Positions 11,605 through 25,076 of a stretch of 64,000 nt of DNA are shown here, one piece after another. Position numbers and translations under genes: made by a program. This DNA is from Squalus acanthias (Eukaryota). The notes under the pieces are model-generated. The model was given only the letters and a program-made list of their open reading frames with translations, made no database searches and had not been told where the DNA came from. The stretch is taken from NCBI GenBank assembly GCA_030390025.1, contig CM059431.1:101000001-101064000 (forward strand), in the 5' to 3' direction. Position 1 is the stretch's first letter. Each line of letters begins with the position of its first letter.

Positions 11605-12140
11605 TTAAAACACTAGTTCGGCCCCAGCTGGAGTATTGTCTCCTATTCTGGGCACCACACATTTAGGAAGGACATGAATGCTTTGGAGAGGGCACAGAAG
11701 AGATTTATTAGAATGGTTCCAGGGATGAGGGAATATAGTTACGTGGAGAAACTGGGGTTGTTCTCCTTGGAGCAGAGAAGGCTAAGAGGAGATTTGACAG
11801 AGGTGTTTAAAATCATGAAGGATATAGATAGAGTAAATAAAGAGAAACTGTTTCCAATGGCTGAAGGGTTGATAACAAGAGGGCCCAGGTTTATGGTGAT
11901 TGGCAAAAGAACCAGAGAAGACATGAGAAAAACCTTTTTTACGCAAGATTTGGAATGCACTGCCTGTTAGGGCGGTGGATACAGATCAATAGTAGCCTTC
12001 AAAAGGGAATTGGATAAATACTGGAAGGAGAAAAAAAATGCAGGGATATGGGGAAAGAGCGGGGGTGTGAGACTAACTAGATTGCTCTTCGAAAGGCTGA
12101 ATGGCCTCCTTCTGCGCTGTTCTATTCTATGATTCGATGA
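11605..12140 (+). mobile_element. CR1 3' fragment
   Basis: LGLFSLEQRRLRGDL peptide; CR1 tail. Confidence 0.85.
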
Positions 12141-12194
12141 TATAAATGCAAGTGCAACTGCTTTCTTTCCAGAAAGCCTTCAATGAACTTATAA

Positions 12195-12637
12195 AGAAAG
12201 AACTTGCGCCTTTTTTATACAGTGCCTTTCACAACCTCAGGACGTCCCAATGCGTTTTATAGCCAATGAAGTACATCTGAAGTGTAGTCACTGTTGTAAT
12301 GTAGGAAACATGGTAGGCAAGCTCCCACAATGATAAATGACCAAATAATCTATTTTTGTGATGCTGGTTGAGGGAGAAATATTTTCCAGGATACCGGGGA
12401 GAACCACCCTGCTCTTCTTTGAAATAGTGCCATGCAATCTTTTACGTCCACCTGAGAGAGCAGACAGGGCCTCGGTGTAACGTCTCATTCAAAAGACAGC
12501 ACCTCCGACAGTGCAGCACTCCCTCAGTTCTGCACTGGGAGTGTCAGCCTAGATTTTGTGTTCAAGTCTTTGGAGCGGGACTATGAACCCACAACCTTCT
12601 GACTCAGATGGGATTGCTACCCACTGAGCCACAGCTG
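12195..12637 (-). mobile_element. DeuSINE (SacSINE1-like)
   Basis: Head, core and tail all present. Confidence 0.85.
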
Positions 12638-13439
12638 ACACACAGAATCAGGGAACCACAGTTGAAGTCCATTCAGCTCTCTGTGTCAGCTCTTTGCTAA
12701 AGCAATCCAAATTTCTGCATAAGTGTGTACATAAGCTTAAGGCAGTGGGTAACCTAGATAAAATTTAAAGTTGGAAAAGGATCTACTTGAAAGAGAGAGA
12801 AAGCAGCAGACACTAGTTAGTGACTTGATATGGGGCTGGGAAGAAGTACTGAGTGTAGTGCCCCACGGACTGGTGCTGGGGAACCTATTGTTTCTCATCT
12901 ACATAAATACTTTGGATTCAGAAATTCAGTGCAAGCTGATAAAATTATACTAAATTGGGAAAGAAGGACAATCAAGCCTGATAACTTGGCTGAGGAACTA
13001 CAAGAACTGCATAGGAACAGGAGGAGGCCATTCAGCCCATCAAACCTGTTCGGCCATTCAATTAGATCACGGCTGATCTGTATCTTAACTCCATCTACCC
13101 GCCTTGGTTCCATAACCCTTAATACCCTTGCCCAACAAAAATCTCTCAATCTCAGTTTTGAAATTTTCAATTGACCCCCAGCGTCATCAGTCTTTTGGGG
13201 GAAGAGAGTTTCGACATTCTGACTTCCATCATCATCTGTAAAAAGTAATGCAAAATATTTTATATATATCTGCCATACCTTCATTTTCCTCAACTAGATC
13301 CCCCTTCATCCCAGAGTGATTTCATTTTCTCTTTAATTATCTTTTACTTTCAAAATACTTATAAAATCCCTTATTATTTCCTAATATCGGTGATCGCCAT
13401 TGACTGCAATGGTGGGTTAGCGGCGAGAACGAACTTTCA

Positions 13440-13825
13440 AAATCTAGGCTGACATTCCAGTGCAGCACTGAGGGAATGCTGCACTGTCAGAGGTGCCGTC
13501 ATTCGGATTCAGCGTTAAACCGAGGCCCCGTCTGCTCTCTCAGGTGGACATAAAATATTCCACTGCACTATTTCGAAGAGGAGCAGGGGAGTTCTCCCCG
13601 GTGTCCTGGTCAATATTTATCCCTCAACCAACATCACTAAAAACAGATTATCTGATTGTTTATCTCATTGCTGTTTGTGGGACCTTGCTGTATGAAAATT
13701 GTCTGCCGTGTTTCCTACATTATAACAGTGACTACAATTCAAAAAATACTTCATTGGCTGTAAAGCGCTTTGTGACGGCCTGAGGACATGAAAGGCGCTA
13801 AATAAATGCAAGTCTTTCTTTCTTT
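13440..13825 (+). mobile_element. DeuSINE, 5'-truncated
   Basis: Deu core and tail ...aaatgcaagtctttctttc. Confidence 0.85.
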
Positions 13826-13889
13826 CACGGCTTAGGTGAGGCTCTGGACGAAGCGGTATCAGTGTCCCAGCAAATTATGGCATAATTCA

Positions 13890-14280
13890 CTCAACAACAA
13901 CTTGCATTTATAGAGCGCCTTTAACGTAGTAGAACATCCCAAGGCGCATCACAGGCGCATTATCAGACAAGATTTGACAGCGAGCCACATAAGGAGATAT
14001 TAGGTTAGGTGAGCAAAAGCTTGGTCAAAGAGGTAGGTTTAAAGGAACATCTTAAAGGATGAGAGAGGTGGAGAGGTTTAGGAGGGAATTCCAGAGCTTA
14101 GGGCCCAGGCAGCTGAAGGCACGGCCGCCAATGGTGGAGCGATTAAAATCAGGGATGCACAAGAGGTCAGAATTGGAGGAGCGAAGAGATCTGGGAGGGT
14201 TGTAGGTCTGGAGGTGGTAAAAGATAGTGAGGAGTGAGGCCATGGAGGGATTTGAACACAAGGATGAGAATTTTAAAATC
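13890..14280 (-). mobile_element. L2 3' fragment
   Basis: GGRAFSCLGPKLWNSL peptide; L2 tail. Confidence 0.85.
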
Positions 14281-14409
14281 ACTCCATTATTTCCTGGAAC
14301 TTTTACATATTAATAATGGCGCATGTCGTTAATACGTCATTACTATGGTGCAAGTTTCCAGCAAATTCAGGCCCTATACAGGATATATCTGCAGCTTACA
14401 TTGTGTCAA

Positions 14410-14644
14410 ACACGAGTCAGACTTATTTTTATTTCACAAGAGCTATAATCCAGGGCCGCTTTTAAACTTTTTTTGGAAGCTGTTGGTCAGTTTCTGCCAC
14501 TTTTCTTGGTTGGCATGTTGGGTTTCTATGGAAGAGTAAGCTAAGGAGGTCACATCCGGCCTCTCGCACCCCTGCTCATTTTTGTGAAGAAAGATTGCTT
14601 TTGGCAAGAACTCGGGCGGCTAGTAGACTAGCAAAAGCTGCCAC
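14410..14644 (-). other. Candidate terminal exon of the minus-strand transcript
   Basis: Strong acceptor ctctctttgcatctcctctcctgcag|GTGG; AATAAA at 14433-14428. Confidence 0.4.
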
Positions 14645-14939
14645 CTGCAGGAGAGGAGATGCAAAGAGAGTAAATTGGGTGCGGGGGGTGGGGGGGGGCG
14701 GGTAGGGAGGGAAGCAAAAGGCTTCTCTGACGTATTCACTCAACCTCTGCCAACACTTGTCAGTCTTTCGAACCACAGACTATCATTAAACATTACTTCT
14801 GCTTTTCCTTTGCATACTGTGCATCTACTGTTACATGCCAGATACTTTCTCGAAAGATAAAAACATGATTGATACCCATTGCAAAGACCAAACATATCGA
14901 CCTACAATTGCCCCTCAAACCTCTCATTCAGTTCTATAC

Positions 14940-15184
14940 CTTTCTGCTTGGCTTTGTTTATACAGGTGCAATCCACCACCTCCTCGTGTCCATCTCGATC
15001 AGATCTCTTCCGTACATCAAAGATTCTGCGCTGGTATTGAAGAAGTTGTCCCTCTGGAACTACCAGGACTTTCTATGGGACTCCGAGCCTAACTTTCCAT
15101 CTGCTATCCTTATGTATTCTGGGTTACCCGAAAGTCCAAGCTAGCAGCTCAAACGCCTTCTATATAACAGCTTAGTTTATTCAG
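14940..15184 (-). other. Candidate 245-nt exon with early stops in all three frames
   Basis: Acceptor ttttttcttttaaccag| and donor AAG|gtatag, in repeat-free sequence. Confidence 0.4.
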
Positions 15185-15704
15185 CTGGTTAAAAGAAAAA
15201 ACTTTTTGACAACTCTCTTTGTTCGAACTTTACATGCAGCAATAACAGACCATTTACTGTATTTCCAATGTAGCAAGACTGAGCCTCCGAGCTGTCACTC
15301 TGGCATACGGCTGTTCAGTTACTTGAAAGTGCAACAGTTTTGAGGATAACAAACACACGACAGATGGAAGCTAACTCTGTTGGACCCAATACAAGTGTGC
15401 ACAGTATGTTGCTTCTAGGGGCTACTGCGAGCTTTCCTCAGAGTTGGGCATCAAGATGAATACAATCCAAACACCAACTGAGAACTTAAAGACATGTGGA
15501 CCCACCACCTTCTATACAAGTCTGTTAGTGACACCATATTATATTTCACTGTTAAACTAGTCTGAGGGTAAAATGCTTTGTAAGACCCCTTATTGTACAG
15601 GAGGGAGGGGAGAAATTAATAAAGTGCAGCAAAAGTAGAAAGGTGAAGAGGAATTACAAAATTCCATCTTTCAAAACAGTGTCATAGAATCATACAGCAC
15701 AGAA

Positions 15705-16040
15705 GGAGGTGCCGTCTTTCGGATGAGGCGTTAAACCGACGCTCTGTCTGCTCTCTCAGGTGGACATAAAAGATCCTATGGCACCATTTTGAAGAAGAGC
15801 AGGGGAGTTATCCCCAGTGTCCTGGCCAATATTTATCCCTCAATCAACATAACAAAAACAGATTACCTGATCATTATCACATTGCTGTTTGTGGGAGCTT
15901 GCTGTGTGCAAATTGGCTGCCACATTTCCTACATTCCAACAGTGACTACACTTCAAAAGTACTTAATTGGCTTTAAAGCACTTTGGGATGTCCTGAAGTT
16001 GTGAAATGCTCTTTATAAATGCAAGCCTTTCTTTCTTTCT
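15705..16040 (+). mobile_element. DeuSINE fragment within a CR1 tail fragment
   Basis: Deu core and tail; the CR1 tail resumes at ~16043. Confidence 0.8.
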
Positions 16041-17094
16041 TTATTCGGCCCATCGTGCCTGTGCCGGCTCTTTGAAAGATCAATCCAATTAGTCCCACTC
16101 CCCTGCTCTTTCCCCAAAGCCCTGAACAACTTTTAAACAGCGTTACAGGAATGTACAGAACCATCTCTTCAATTTTCTTCAAAATTAAATCTAATAATCA
16201 AATATTTTATTTGGTTACAAAGAAAGCTGATAGATTTCAACTGCATCTACCCTAGAAAGACTGTAATTGCAAAATGAATTGAAATGTCTAAAAGTGAGAT
16301 AGAATCATACAGCATCGAAGGAGGCCATTCAGCCAATCATGTCTGTGCCGGCTCTTTGAAAGAGTGATCCAATTAGTCCCACTCCCCCTGCTCTTTCCCT
16401 GTAGCCCTGCAAATTTGTGCATTTCACGTATTAATCCGATTCCCTTTATAAAGTTACTATTGAATCTGCTTCCACCGCCCTTTCAGGCAGCGCATTCCAG
16501 ATGCAGAAGAGTCAGCAACCAGAAGACGCTGAACGGCAAAAGAACCAGAGGCGAGATGAGGAGAAATGTTTTTGACGCAGCAAGTTGTTATGATCTTCCT
16601 GCTCTCAGTCCTTAAGTTTCCCTTTGTTTGGTTGACCTGATGTTTCCTCTTATAACTCACCCAAATTAATTTGCACTAATATTCCAGATTTTCCATTTCC
16701 CTTAACTATCTCTCTATCGGATCATCTCTCAGTGTTGACAGAAATAGGTGGTAAAAGCCATTCAAACCACAGCCCAAATACGACAAAAATACTGACGTGA
16801 AGCAGTCAGAATTCTCGATCTTTTGGTATGAAATGTAAACAGATGCTTTTATTTGAAGAATAAATGCAAAGCACACAGCGACACCACAGCAGTAGGAGAC
16901 ACAAGTACAAACTTGCATGATGCAGAGTTCCTGATCACAGAGGCGCTGTTGAGAACAGTGACCAAAATCCTTCCACAACAGAGGGAGTGAAAAAATTATT
17001 TCAAGCTGCATTTATATGCCTCCCAGCGATTAGCTCAAAGGAAGATTGTTGATTGTCTGGCAGCAGGTTGGATATAAGACGCAGTTCTCCCCGA

Positions 17095-18233
17095 TCTGAG
17101 CCCATAATCCAGGCTGAGGGAGTGCTGCACTGTTGAAGGAGCCGTCTTTTGGATGCGATGTTAAACCAAGGCCCCATCTGCCCCCTCAGGTGGATGTAAA
17201 AGATCCCATGGCACTATTCGAAGAGGAGCAGGGGAGTTCTCCCTGGTGTCCTGGCCAATATTTATCCTCCATCCCTCTCCCTAACATCTGTCTGAGGCTG
17301 AACCACACTGTTCGCAACCTTGGTGTCATATGTGACCCTGAAATGAGCTACCGACCACATATCCGCAGCATAACTAAGACCGCCTACTTCCACCTCCGTA
17401 ACATCGCCCGTCTCCGCCCCTGCCTCAGCTCATCCGCTGCTGAAACCCTCATCCATGCCTTTGTTACCTCTAGACTTGACTATTCCAACGCACTCCTGGC
17501 CGGCCTCCCACATTCCACCCTACGTAAACTTGAGGTCATCCAAAACTCGGCTGCCCATGTCCTAACTCGCACCAAGTCCCGTTCGCCCATCACCCTCTGT
17601 GCTCGCTGACCTACATTGGCTCCCGGTTAAGCAGCGCCTCAATTTCAAAATTCTCATCATTGTTTTCAAATCCCTCCATGGCCTCGCCCCTCCCTATCTC
17701 TGTAATCTCCTTCAGCCCCACAACCCCCCCCGGGATATCTGCGCTCCTCTAATTCTGGCCTCTTGAGCATCCCTGATTATAATCATTCAACCTTTGGTGG
17801 CCGTGCCTTCTGTTGCCTGGGCCCTTAGCTCTGGAATTCCCTACCTAAACCTCTCCACCTCGCTACCTCTCTTTCCTCCTTTAAGACGCTCCTTAAAACC
17901 TACTTCTTTGACCAAGCTTTTGGTCACCTGTCCTAATTTATCCTTATGTGGCTCGGTGTCAAATTTTTTGTCTTAAAATACTCCTGTGCAGCGCCTTGGG
18001 ACGTTTTACTACGTTAAAGGCGCTATATAAATACAAGTTGTTATTCAACCAACATCACTAAAAACAGATTATCTGGTCATTATCACATTGCTGTTTGTGG
18101 GAGTTTGCTGTGCGCAAATTGGTTGCCGTGTTTCCTACATTACAACACTTCAAAAGTACTTCATTGGCTGCAAAGCGCTTTGGGACGTCCTGAGTTCATG
18201 AAAGGTGCTATATAAATGCAAGTCTTTCTTTCT
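17095..18233 (+). mobile_element. DeuSINE interrupted by an L2 3' fragment (~17268-18042)
   Basis: SINE breaks at ...ccaatatttatcc and resumes tcaaccaacatcac; L2 peptide and tail lie between. Confidence 0.85.
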
Positions 18234-18436
18234 TATCATAACCGTAACAAAGCAGATAGAGAGTAAGGTAGAATTTTAAAATATAAAAGTAGCAGTGAAG
18301 GATAATATAGTTTAAAAATAAGATGAATATTTCTAGAGGTATTCACCAAAAAAGATAATATTACCTTGGTATCCAATTTCTATAGTTCAGCCATTATCCC
18401 AGATGGATCCAAGTCAGCTTGGGATAGGTACATGAT

Positions 18437-18970
18437 AGGATTGACTATTCCAATGCTCTCCTGGCTAGCTTCCCACCTGTCACCCTCTGTGAACTTGTGC
18501 TCATCCGAAACACTGTTGCCCGTATCTTAACTCGCACCATGTCCCGTTCACCCATCACCCCTGTGGCTCCCGGTCCGGCAACACCTTGATTTTAAAATTC
18601 TCACCCTTATTTTCAAATCGCTCCATCGACTCGCCCCATCCTATCTCTGTAACCTCCTTTATTCCTACAACCCTCCCAGATCTCTGTGCTCCTCCAATTC
18701 TGGCCTCTTGCACATCCCTGATTTTCATCGCTCCATCATTGGTGGCTGTGCCTTCAGCTGCCTAGACCTTATGCTCTGGAATTCCCATCCTAAACCTCTC
18801 CGCCTCTCTCCTCCTTTAAGACGCTCCTGAAGCATTGGAATAGTCGAGTCTAGAGGTAACAAAGGCATGGATGAGGGTTTCAGCAGCAGATGAGCTGAGG
18901 CAGGGGCGGAGGCGGGTGATGTTACGGAGGTGGAAGTAGATGGTCTTGATGATGGAGAGGATATGGGATA
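18437..18970. mobile_element. Two L2 fragments in opposite orientation (+ 18437-18830, - 18831-18970)
   Basis: L2 homology switches strand at ~18830. Confidence 0.75.
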
Positions 18971-19438
18971 TCCAGCACACCACTGCCAGACCCTGAAAGC
19001 ACCTATAGGGCCCCACTCTTCCCCAATACTCTCTGATGTAATGCTCCTCTGCGCCTCCCACACCCGACCACTTCCCTCCCATTGCTCCTGAACTCCTAGA
19101 CTATCCTCCCAACAGTACTAAAACCACATCATCCTCCTCAATAGTTCTTCATACCTACCTGCAACCTGGCACATTCCTACCACCTTCCTCTGTATTCTGG
19201 ACTTTCTTTTTAAAAAAAGGTAAGACATAAAATTAATTACATAGCTAAACAAACATAACATAATGATGTCCACAGATTTACAACTTGCATGAAAACATGG
19301 ACATCATCACATAATTTGAACACAACAATACTGCGAATACTAAGAAAACCAATTTTAATTCATCAATCAGTCAGTGGCCCCAATAACCTGTTATACTAGT
19401 GGATTTTCCAAGGCATTGCTCAATGGAAGTCATATAAT

Positions 19439-20205
19439 GGCCCGGAATTTGCGGTCAGCGGCGAAGCAAAGGCGTTCACCGCCGGCCCTGAAGAAAGCTG
19501 CCCACAAAGATCTCGCGATCTCTGTGGTGAGAAGTTTGCCTTTTTCGACGTACAATTGAGATCAGTGCAGTGTAGTGGGAATCCCATTGAACAATCTGTT
19601 GTGAAGTCAACAAGCGGTCTAAGCAGCCAATCACATTGCAGAATTATCACAGACAGGAAACCTTGAAGTGAAGAAGTTGCTTTTATTCTGACTTTTAAAA
19701 AATGTTACAGAGAGCAAAACAAAGATTGGGGCTCTCACACGGGGAAAAGATAAACCTGAAATAAATATGAACAAACTTTAAAAAATATAATTTTTTTTAA
19801 AGTTTCTTAAAAATTGTAATTTTTATTATAATGGAGAAATTTGACACGCTACAAAATTAAAATTAGATTATCAGGACATTTGTTTAGCAGTCAATACACA
19901 GTTAAAACCCCAGTTACACCTAATCCAACAAGGCTCGAACATTTAATGGAGTATTTAACAGTGATATTACCGCGGAAAAGCCCAAGTTTTTGTCAGTTTC
20001 ACTGAATCCTTGATTTCACTGATTGCCAGCTATGGTGGGGTGCACAGCGCAGCCAGAGTCAGAACAGTGAATGACTGACCGCAACTTCAGGATTTTCGCG
20101 TTAGAATGCACATGCGCTACATCCTGAAGTTGTGGTCGGTTTCAAAGGGGTAATGACGATGAAAGCAGTTTATTCGCTGTTATTACCCACCGCAAATTCT
20201 GGGCC
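19439..20205. mobile_element. Non-autonomous PIF/Harbinger-type DNA transposon (MITE)
   Basis: TIRs GGCCCGGAATTTGCGGT / ACCGCAAATTCTGGGCC; AAT flanks both ends (19436-38, 20206-08). Confidence 0.85.
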
Positions 20206-20327
20206 AATATGTTTTCTCTCTTACCCGTGACTGTCATCTTCGTGTCCCTGCTTCTTTCTCTCCTTTTCTCTTTTGCTAACTCTCTCCTGCTTCTGTCTTT
20301 CCTTATTTTATCATCTGGTTCTCTTTT

Positions 20328-20530
20328 TAAACTGAGACCCCATCTGCCCTCTCAGGTGGATGCAAAAGATCCCATGGCACTATTTCGAAGAAGAGCAGGA
20401 GAGTTCTCCCCGGTGTCCTGGCCCAATATTTATCCCTCAATCAACATCACTAAAACAGATTATCTGGTCATTATCACATTTGCTGTTTGTGGGACCTTGC
20501 TGTGCGCAAAATTGGCTGCCGCGTTTCCTA
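20328..20530 (+). mobile_element. DeuSINE fragment
   Basis: Deu core sequence. Confidence 0.8.
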
Positions 20531-21552
20531 TAGTAAAATCAGTTTACACAGGCCCCTCTTAAAGTCCCTGCGCAGTTAGCTGACAGAAACATGTCCCAAA
20601 AGCAGTGGAAATTAGTCGTTCACCTACTCAACCCATTGAGTGTAAGCAGCATCACAAGTAACTATAAATGGACTTCAAACACTGCTACTAAAGTTCCACT
20701 CCATGCTTGCCAAGCACTGTAAAACCTTGTTGATCAAAGTGAAGTGTTGCCATGATTTCTTAATGCATTAAGGACATACTATCATGGAAAACATGTCAAT
20801 ATAAACCACTGCAAGGTTACTTAAGATAGGTCAATCTTGTAAACTGAAGTCATCCTGTTAAATTTGATAGCAAACGGCCCATGTTAAGTATTTCTTCCAC
20901 CTTTGTTTAATGCAAGTCTAGCCTGTTCTTAATTTACGGCTTAGTACAGAAACACAATAAAACTGGACATGTGCTTAACCCAAGGAGGAATAGGGTAAAT
21001 CTGCATAGATTACTGTGCGTCTTGACATAATTTTAGACTTTTATTTTGCCACAAACCAATATCATTCACTTGAATTCTGCACATTTTGCTTTGGCTCGTA
21101 CAAGTACAATAGACTTCTCTGTTGCCAGCACAACTCTACTAGATGGTCACTGTGCCTTCTCACAAAATGCTATTGCTCCTGCTGTTTACCTTTCCCAAAT
21201 AACTATCCTTTAAAATAAATTCCTGGGCACTGACATAGTTCAAAATCAGTACCAGATGTCTGTTTACCATTCCTGGTCCATTGCTCCGTCTTTATCCAGG
21301 TACAGTCCAGTACAGCTAACACTGATCACTTATTAAACGCACAGTGAGACAGATGGACAAAAAGTGGGATATGGATCTTTTTAGGAAAACAAATCTGACT
21401 CACTAGGTAAGTTTCAATGAGTGGTGCGATACTGAGCCATACAACAACTTGCACTTTTAGAGCACATTTAACATAATTAACCGCTTTACAAAAGTGAATA
21501 GAATAATCAGACACTGAGCAGTGTTGGGTTACAAAGGGGAGGAGAAAATTAA

Positions 21553-21745
21553 GTGAGTACAGTTAACCGAGTGGTTATGGTACTGGGCCAGCAACCCAGA
21601 GGTTGTCAGTTCAAATTGAATTCAAGAAATCTGGTAATTTGTGGAAACAAAAGTGACCATGAAAACTGCCGGACTGTTGTAAAACTCAACTGGTTCACTA
21701 ATGTCCTTCAGGGCAGGGAACCTGCCGTCCTTATCTAGTTTGGCT
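21553..21745 (+). mobile_element. 5' part of a second tRNA-derived SINE (3' part at ~25205-25295)
   Basis: tRNA-like head. The distal piece ends in tgctgccttgctggtgtcatccacatccca, like the tail of the second LINE family. Confidence 0.55.
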
Positions 21746-21908
21746 TCAATCGGACTGCATCATTCTGATGAGACCTTAAACCATGTCAGAGCCCTGTCCT
21801 CTCAAGTGGATATAAAGATCCCATGGCACTAGTCAAAGAAGAGCAGGGGAGTTCTCCCTAGTGTCTTGACCAATATTTATCCATCAACCAACAATACTAA
21901 AACACATT

Positions 21909-24094
21909 GGCCTAGAAATTGGGCTACTTACCGTTAGCGGCAGATTCCTGAAGAAAAAATGGCGACCGGCGCCCTAACGCCCGCCTCTGGTGCGGGACTC
22001 GGCAGCCACCATTTTGGTGAGGGCCATAATGCTGCCGCTAGCAGCGCTGGCCCTCGACATTCAAATCTGGAGAGCGTGATGTCAGTCGGCGTGCAATGCC
22101 GACTTAATGCCACGCAATGCCGACTTAACGCCACGCTCTGCGAACTTGGACCTTTGCGCTGAGTTTAGCCCTGGGTCCTAAACTCGCTCTGAAAAGCGAG
22201 CGTGCAGCAGGCCGACAGAAACGCTGTCAGCACTTCTTAAAGGAACACACACATCTTTCAGGTAAGTTTGCATTTAAGCTTTTGGACTGATTTTTTTATA
22301 TTTTATTCAAGCAGTGGCTTGGTGCAATAGATGGTAAAAGTTTTTTAAGTGTGTAGGGAGTGCTGATGGATGCTTGCAAGGCCTTGGATGGTAAAGGAAG
22401 GCCCCTGAGAAGACACAAAATGCTGGAAATACTCAGCAGGTCAGGCAGCATCCATGGAGAGAGAAACAGAGTTCACGTCCCAGGTCAAGCTGCTGCCTGA
22501 CCTGCTGAGTATTTCCAGCATTTTCTGCTTTTATTTCAGACTTCCAGCATCCGCTCGCGGAGGGAAGAGGAAGACGCAGAAGAGGAGGAAACCCAGACAG
22601 CCTCTTTCTGGCCAGGATATCGGGGATGGAATCATCCACCTGTGGTACCCCAAACCCAAATTCCCTTTCAACCTTTGTCCCACACTTACCTTCCCTCTGT
22701 TACTGACCATCACAGTGTCCTCTTGGCCACAATGCTGAAATAAAAGCCACCATAAACCAAATTTTCCAATCCAACTTTATACATCTATCCATCCAATATG
22801 CCATCAAGAAATCAACTCATCACCCTTATGCATTCCCTTAGTAATTGTCTTGTGTGTGCCTTTGCTTATCCTACCGATGTCACGCAGTGCTACCCCAGCG
22901 GCTGCAGCATGGCTGGTGGAAGGCTGCTGACTTTCAGTGGGGGTTCACTGCAAATCGCCTTGCTGGTCAACCTTGAGGAGCTGGTGGCTGGGAGTGTGAA
23001 ATTGAGTAACGGTGTTTCTTCTTCTTCACTCTCCTCTCCCTCTTCTTGGTCAAGCACTGGCTGGGCAGGCTGCATTTCTTGGGTGTGTGAAATGAGGAAG
23101 GCACATGGGTGGAGTTGTGGTGAGGAGAGGGCAGGAACACAAGAGGTGCATGTGAGAAGGAGGATAACATATGAGGATACCAGCATCTTGTATCCTTTCA
23201 GCCCCGCCGCTGGCCAAGGGCTCAGCCATGCCTCTGCCAAGACTGGCCAGCACCGTCTCCTCCAAGGGAGTGAGGTGAAGCTAGGAATGGGAGGTGTGCC
23301 TCATGTTTGGTACAGATTGTTGGTAGGTGAGTGAATGGGGGGGGGGGGGGGGAAGTTGTGCATTGAGCAGTGTGCGAGGCTTGTGGTGCAGTTGGTAGGA
23401 GACAGCTTTTGAAGATGCAGTCACTGACCTTGACCACTGGTCTGAGGTCATGAAGCTTCTTTGGGCACTGGAGCCAGGTCGTGGGGGCGACACTGTTGGC
23501 AGTGACGGCCTCAGTGATGTGGTCCCACATCGTTCTTTCCGGAGCCTGGCCCCTGTGGGTAGAGGACCTCTCTTGCAGTGTTAACCCCCTGCACAAAGCT
23601 GGAGTGCTGCGTGTGAGAGCCTGGGTGGCCCTTCCCTGGCTTGCTGAACCATTTGTGTTAGTGCTGAAGCACTTTTCCCATTTTTTTTAGGTGTGGAAGG
23701 CAATTCAGCTTTAAGAGCTGAAGACTCCCATTTGGGAATTCTTTTTAACTTTTTTTTCCAGAAGTCAGTTGAGCTCTAAAGGCTAAAAACTGCCTATTTT
23801 TAAATGACTTTTTTTTTCATTTTAGAAGGCAGTCCCCTTTAAAGGACTGCACTGCTTTCTGAAATGACAGCCGTGCTTTAAGAGCAGGCTGTTCTTGCTG
23901 CAATGACGCTATGGCCACACTACATTGGGCCTCCTGCTGAGACTACCTCCCGAAAACCGGCCTTGCACAGTATGTTTAGCACTGCGCTAATGTTAATTAG
24001 CAAGCAGCACCAATATACCGGTGCTGCCAGCGTTATTAATTTCGGTGGCTGTTAACTGCGGTCCGTGGTGCCAGTGCTCTGGAATTTCTAGGCT
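21909..24094 (-). mobile_element. PIF/Harbinger transposon relic with Myb/SANT-like gene, inserted in a DeuSINE
   Basis: TIRs GGCCTAGAAATT / AATTTCTAGGCT; peptide WDHITEAVTANSVAPTTWLQCPKKLHDL (~23430-23530) is Myb/SANT-like; SINE sequence on both flanks. Confidence 0.8.
22413..22553. mobile_element. Penelope pLTR-derived fold-back insertion
   Basis: aaaatgctggaaatactcagcaggtcaggcagca occurs with its reverse complement; matches the PLE ends at 25.13 kb and 51.25 kb. Confidence 0.75.
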
Positions 24095-24476
24095 TCTATC
24101 TTATCATTTATCTCATTGATGTTTGTGAGGTCTTGTGGTGCCCAAATTGGCTGCTGTGTTTGCCTACATTACAATAGTGATGACACTTTGAAAGTATTTA
24201 ATTGGCCGTGAAGTCCTGAGGTCGTGCAAGGCATTATATAAATGCCATTTCCGCCACCTCCAGCGTGATCCCACCACCAAACACATCTTCCCCTCACCTC
24301 CCCTTTCAGCATTCCGCAGGGACCGCTCCCTCCGCGACACCCTAGTTCACTCCTCTACCACCCCCAGCACCCCTTCCCCTTCGCCCGGCACCTTCCCGTG
24401 CACGCGCAGGAGATGCAACACATGCCCTTACACCTCCCCTCTTCCCACTGTCCAGGGCCCCAAACACCCCTTCCAG

Positions 24477-24806
24477 GTGAAACAGCGATTTACTTGTACT
24501 TCCTGCAATTTAGTATACTGTATTCGCTGCTCACGATGTGGTCTCCTCTACATTGGGGAGACCAAACGCAGATTGGGTGACCGCTTTGCAGAACACCTCC
24601 GTTCAGTCCGTAAGGGGGACCCCGAGCTCCCGGTGGCCTGTCACTTTAATTCACCGCTTCACTCCCACTCTGACCTCACCGTCCTCGGCCTATTACACTG
24701 TTCCACGGAAGCGCAGCGTAAGCTCGAGGAACAGCACCTCATCTTTCGTTTAGGCACGCTACAGCCCTCTGGACTCAATATCGAGTTCAACAATTTTAGA
24801 TCATAA
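24477..24806 (+). pseudogene. GIY-YIG endonuclease domain of a truncated Penelope ORF
   Basis: VY...YIGET..RL..RF.EH...GLN motifs. Confidence 0.9.
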
Positions 24807-25076
24807 CCTCAGCTCCAATCACATTTATATTTTATTTTTTCCACCCTTTTATTTGCCCCCCCCCCCCACCTTTTTTTTCCTCCTAGAAGCTGGCAGCTGT
24901 CCTTCATTCTGCCAGTGGATTTCACACTTCTTTCAGCCTTAATCTGTCACATTAACACCACCTCTAGCCTTGCATATCTCTTAATGTCTCTTCATCTCCC
25001 CCTTTGTTCTTTTATCCCCTCCCCCTTTTCCCAGCTTTACTCTGGCCTTAAATCTATTTGATTTCCGGCTCTTCAC

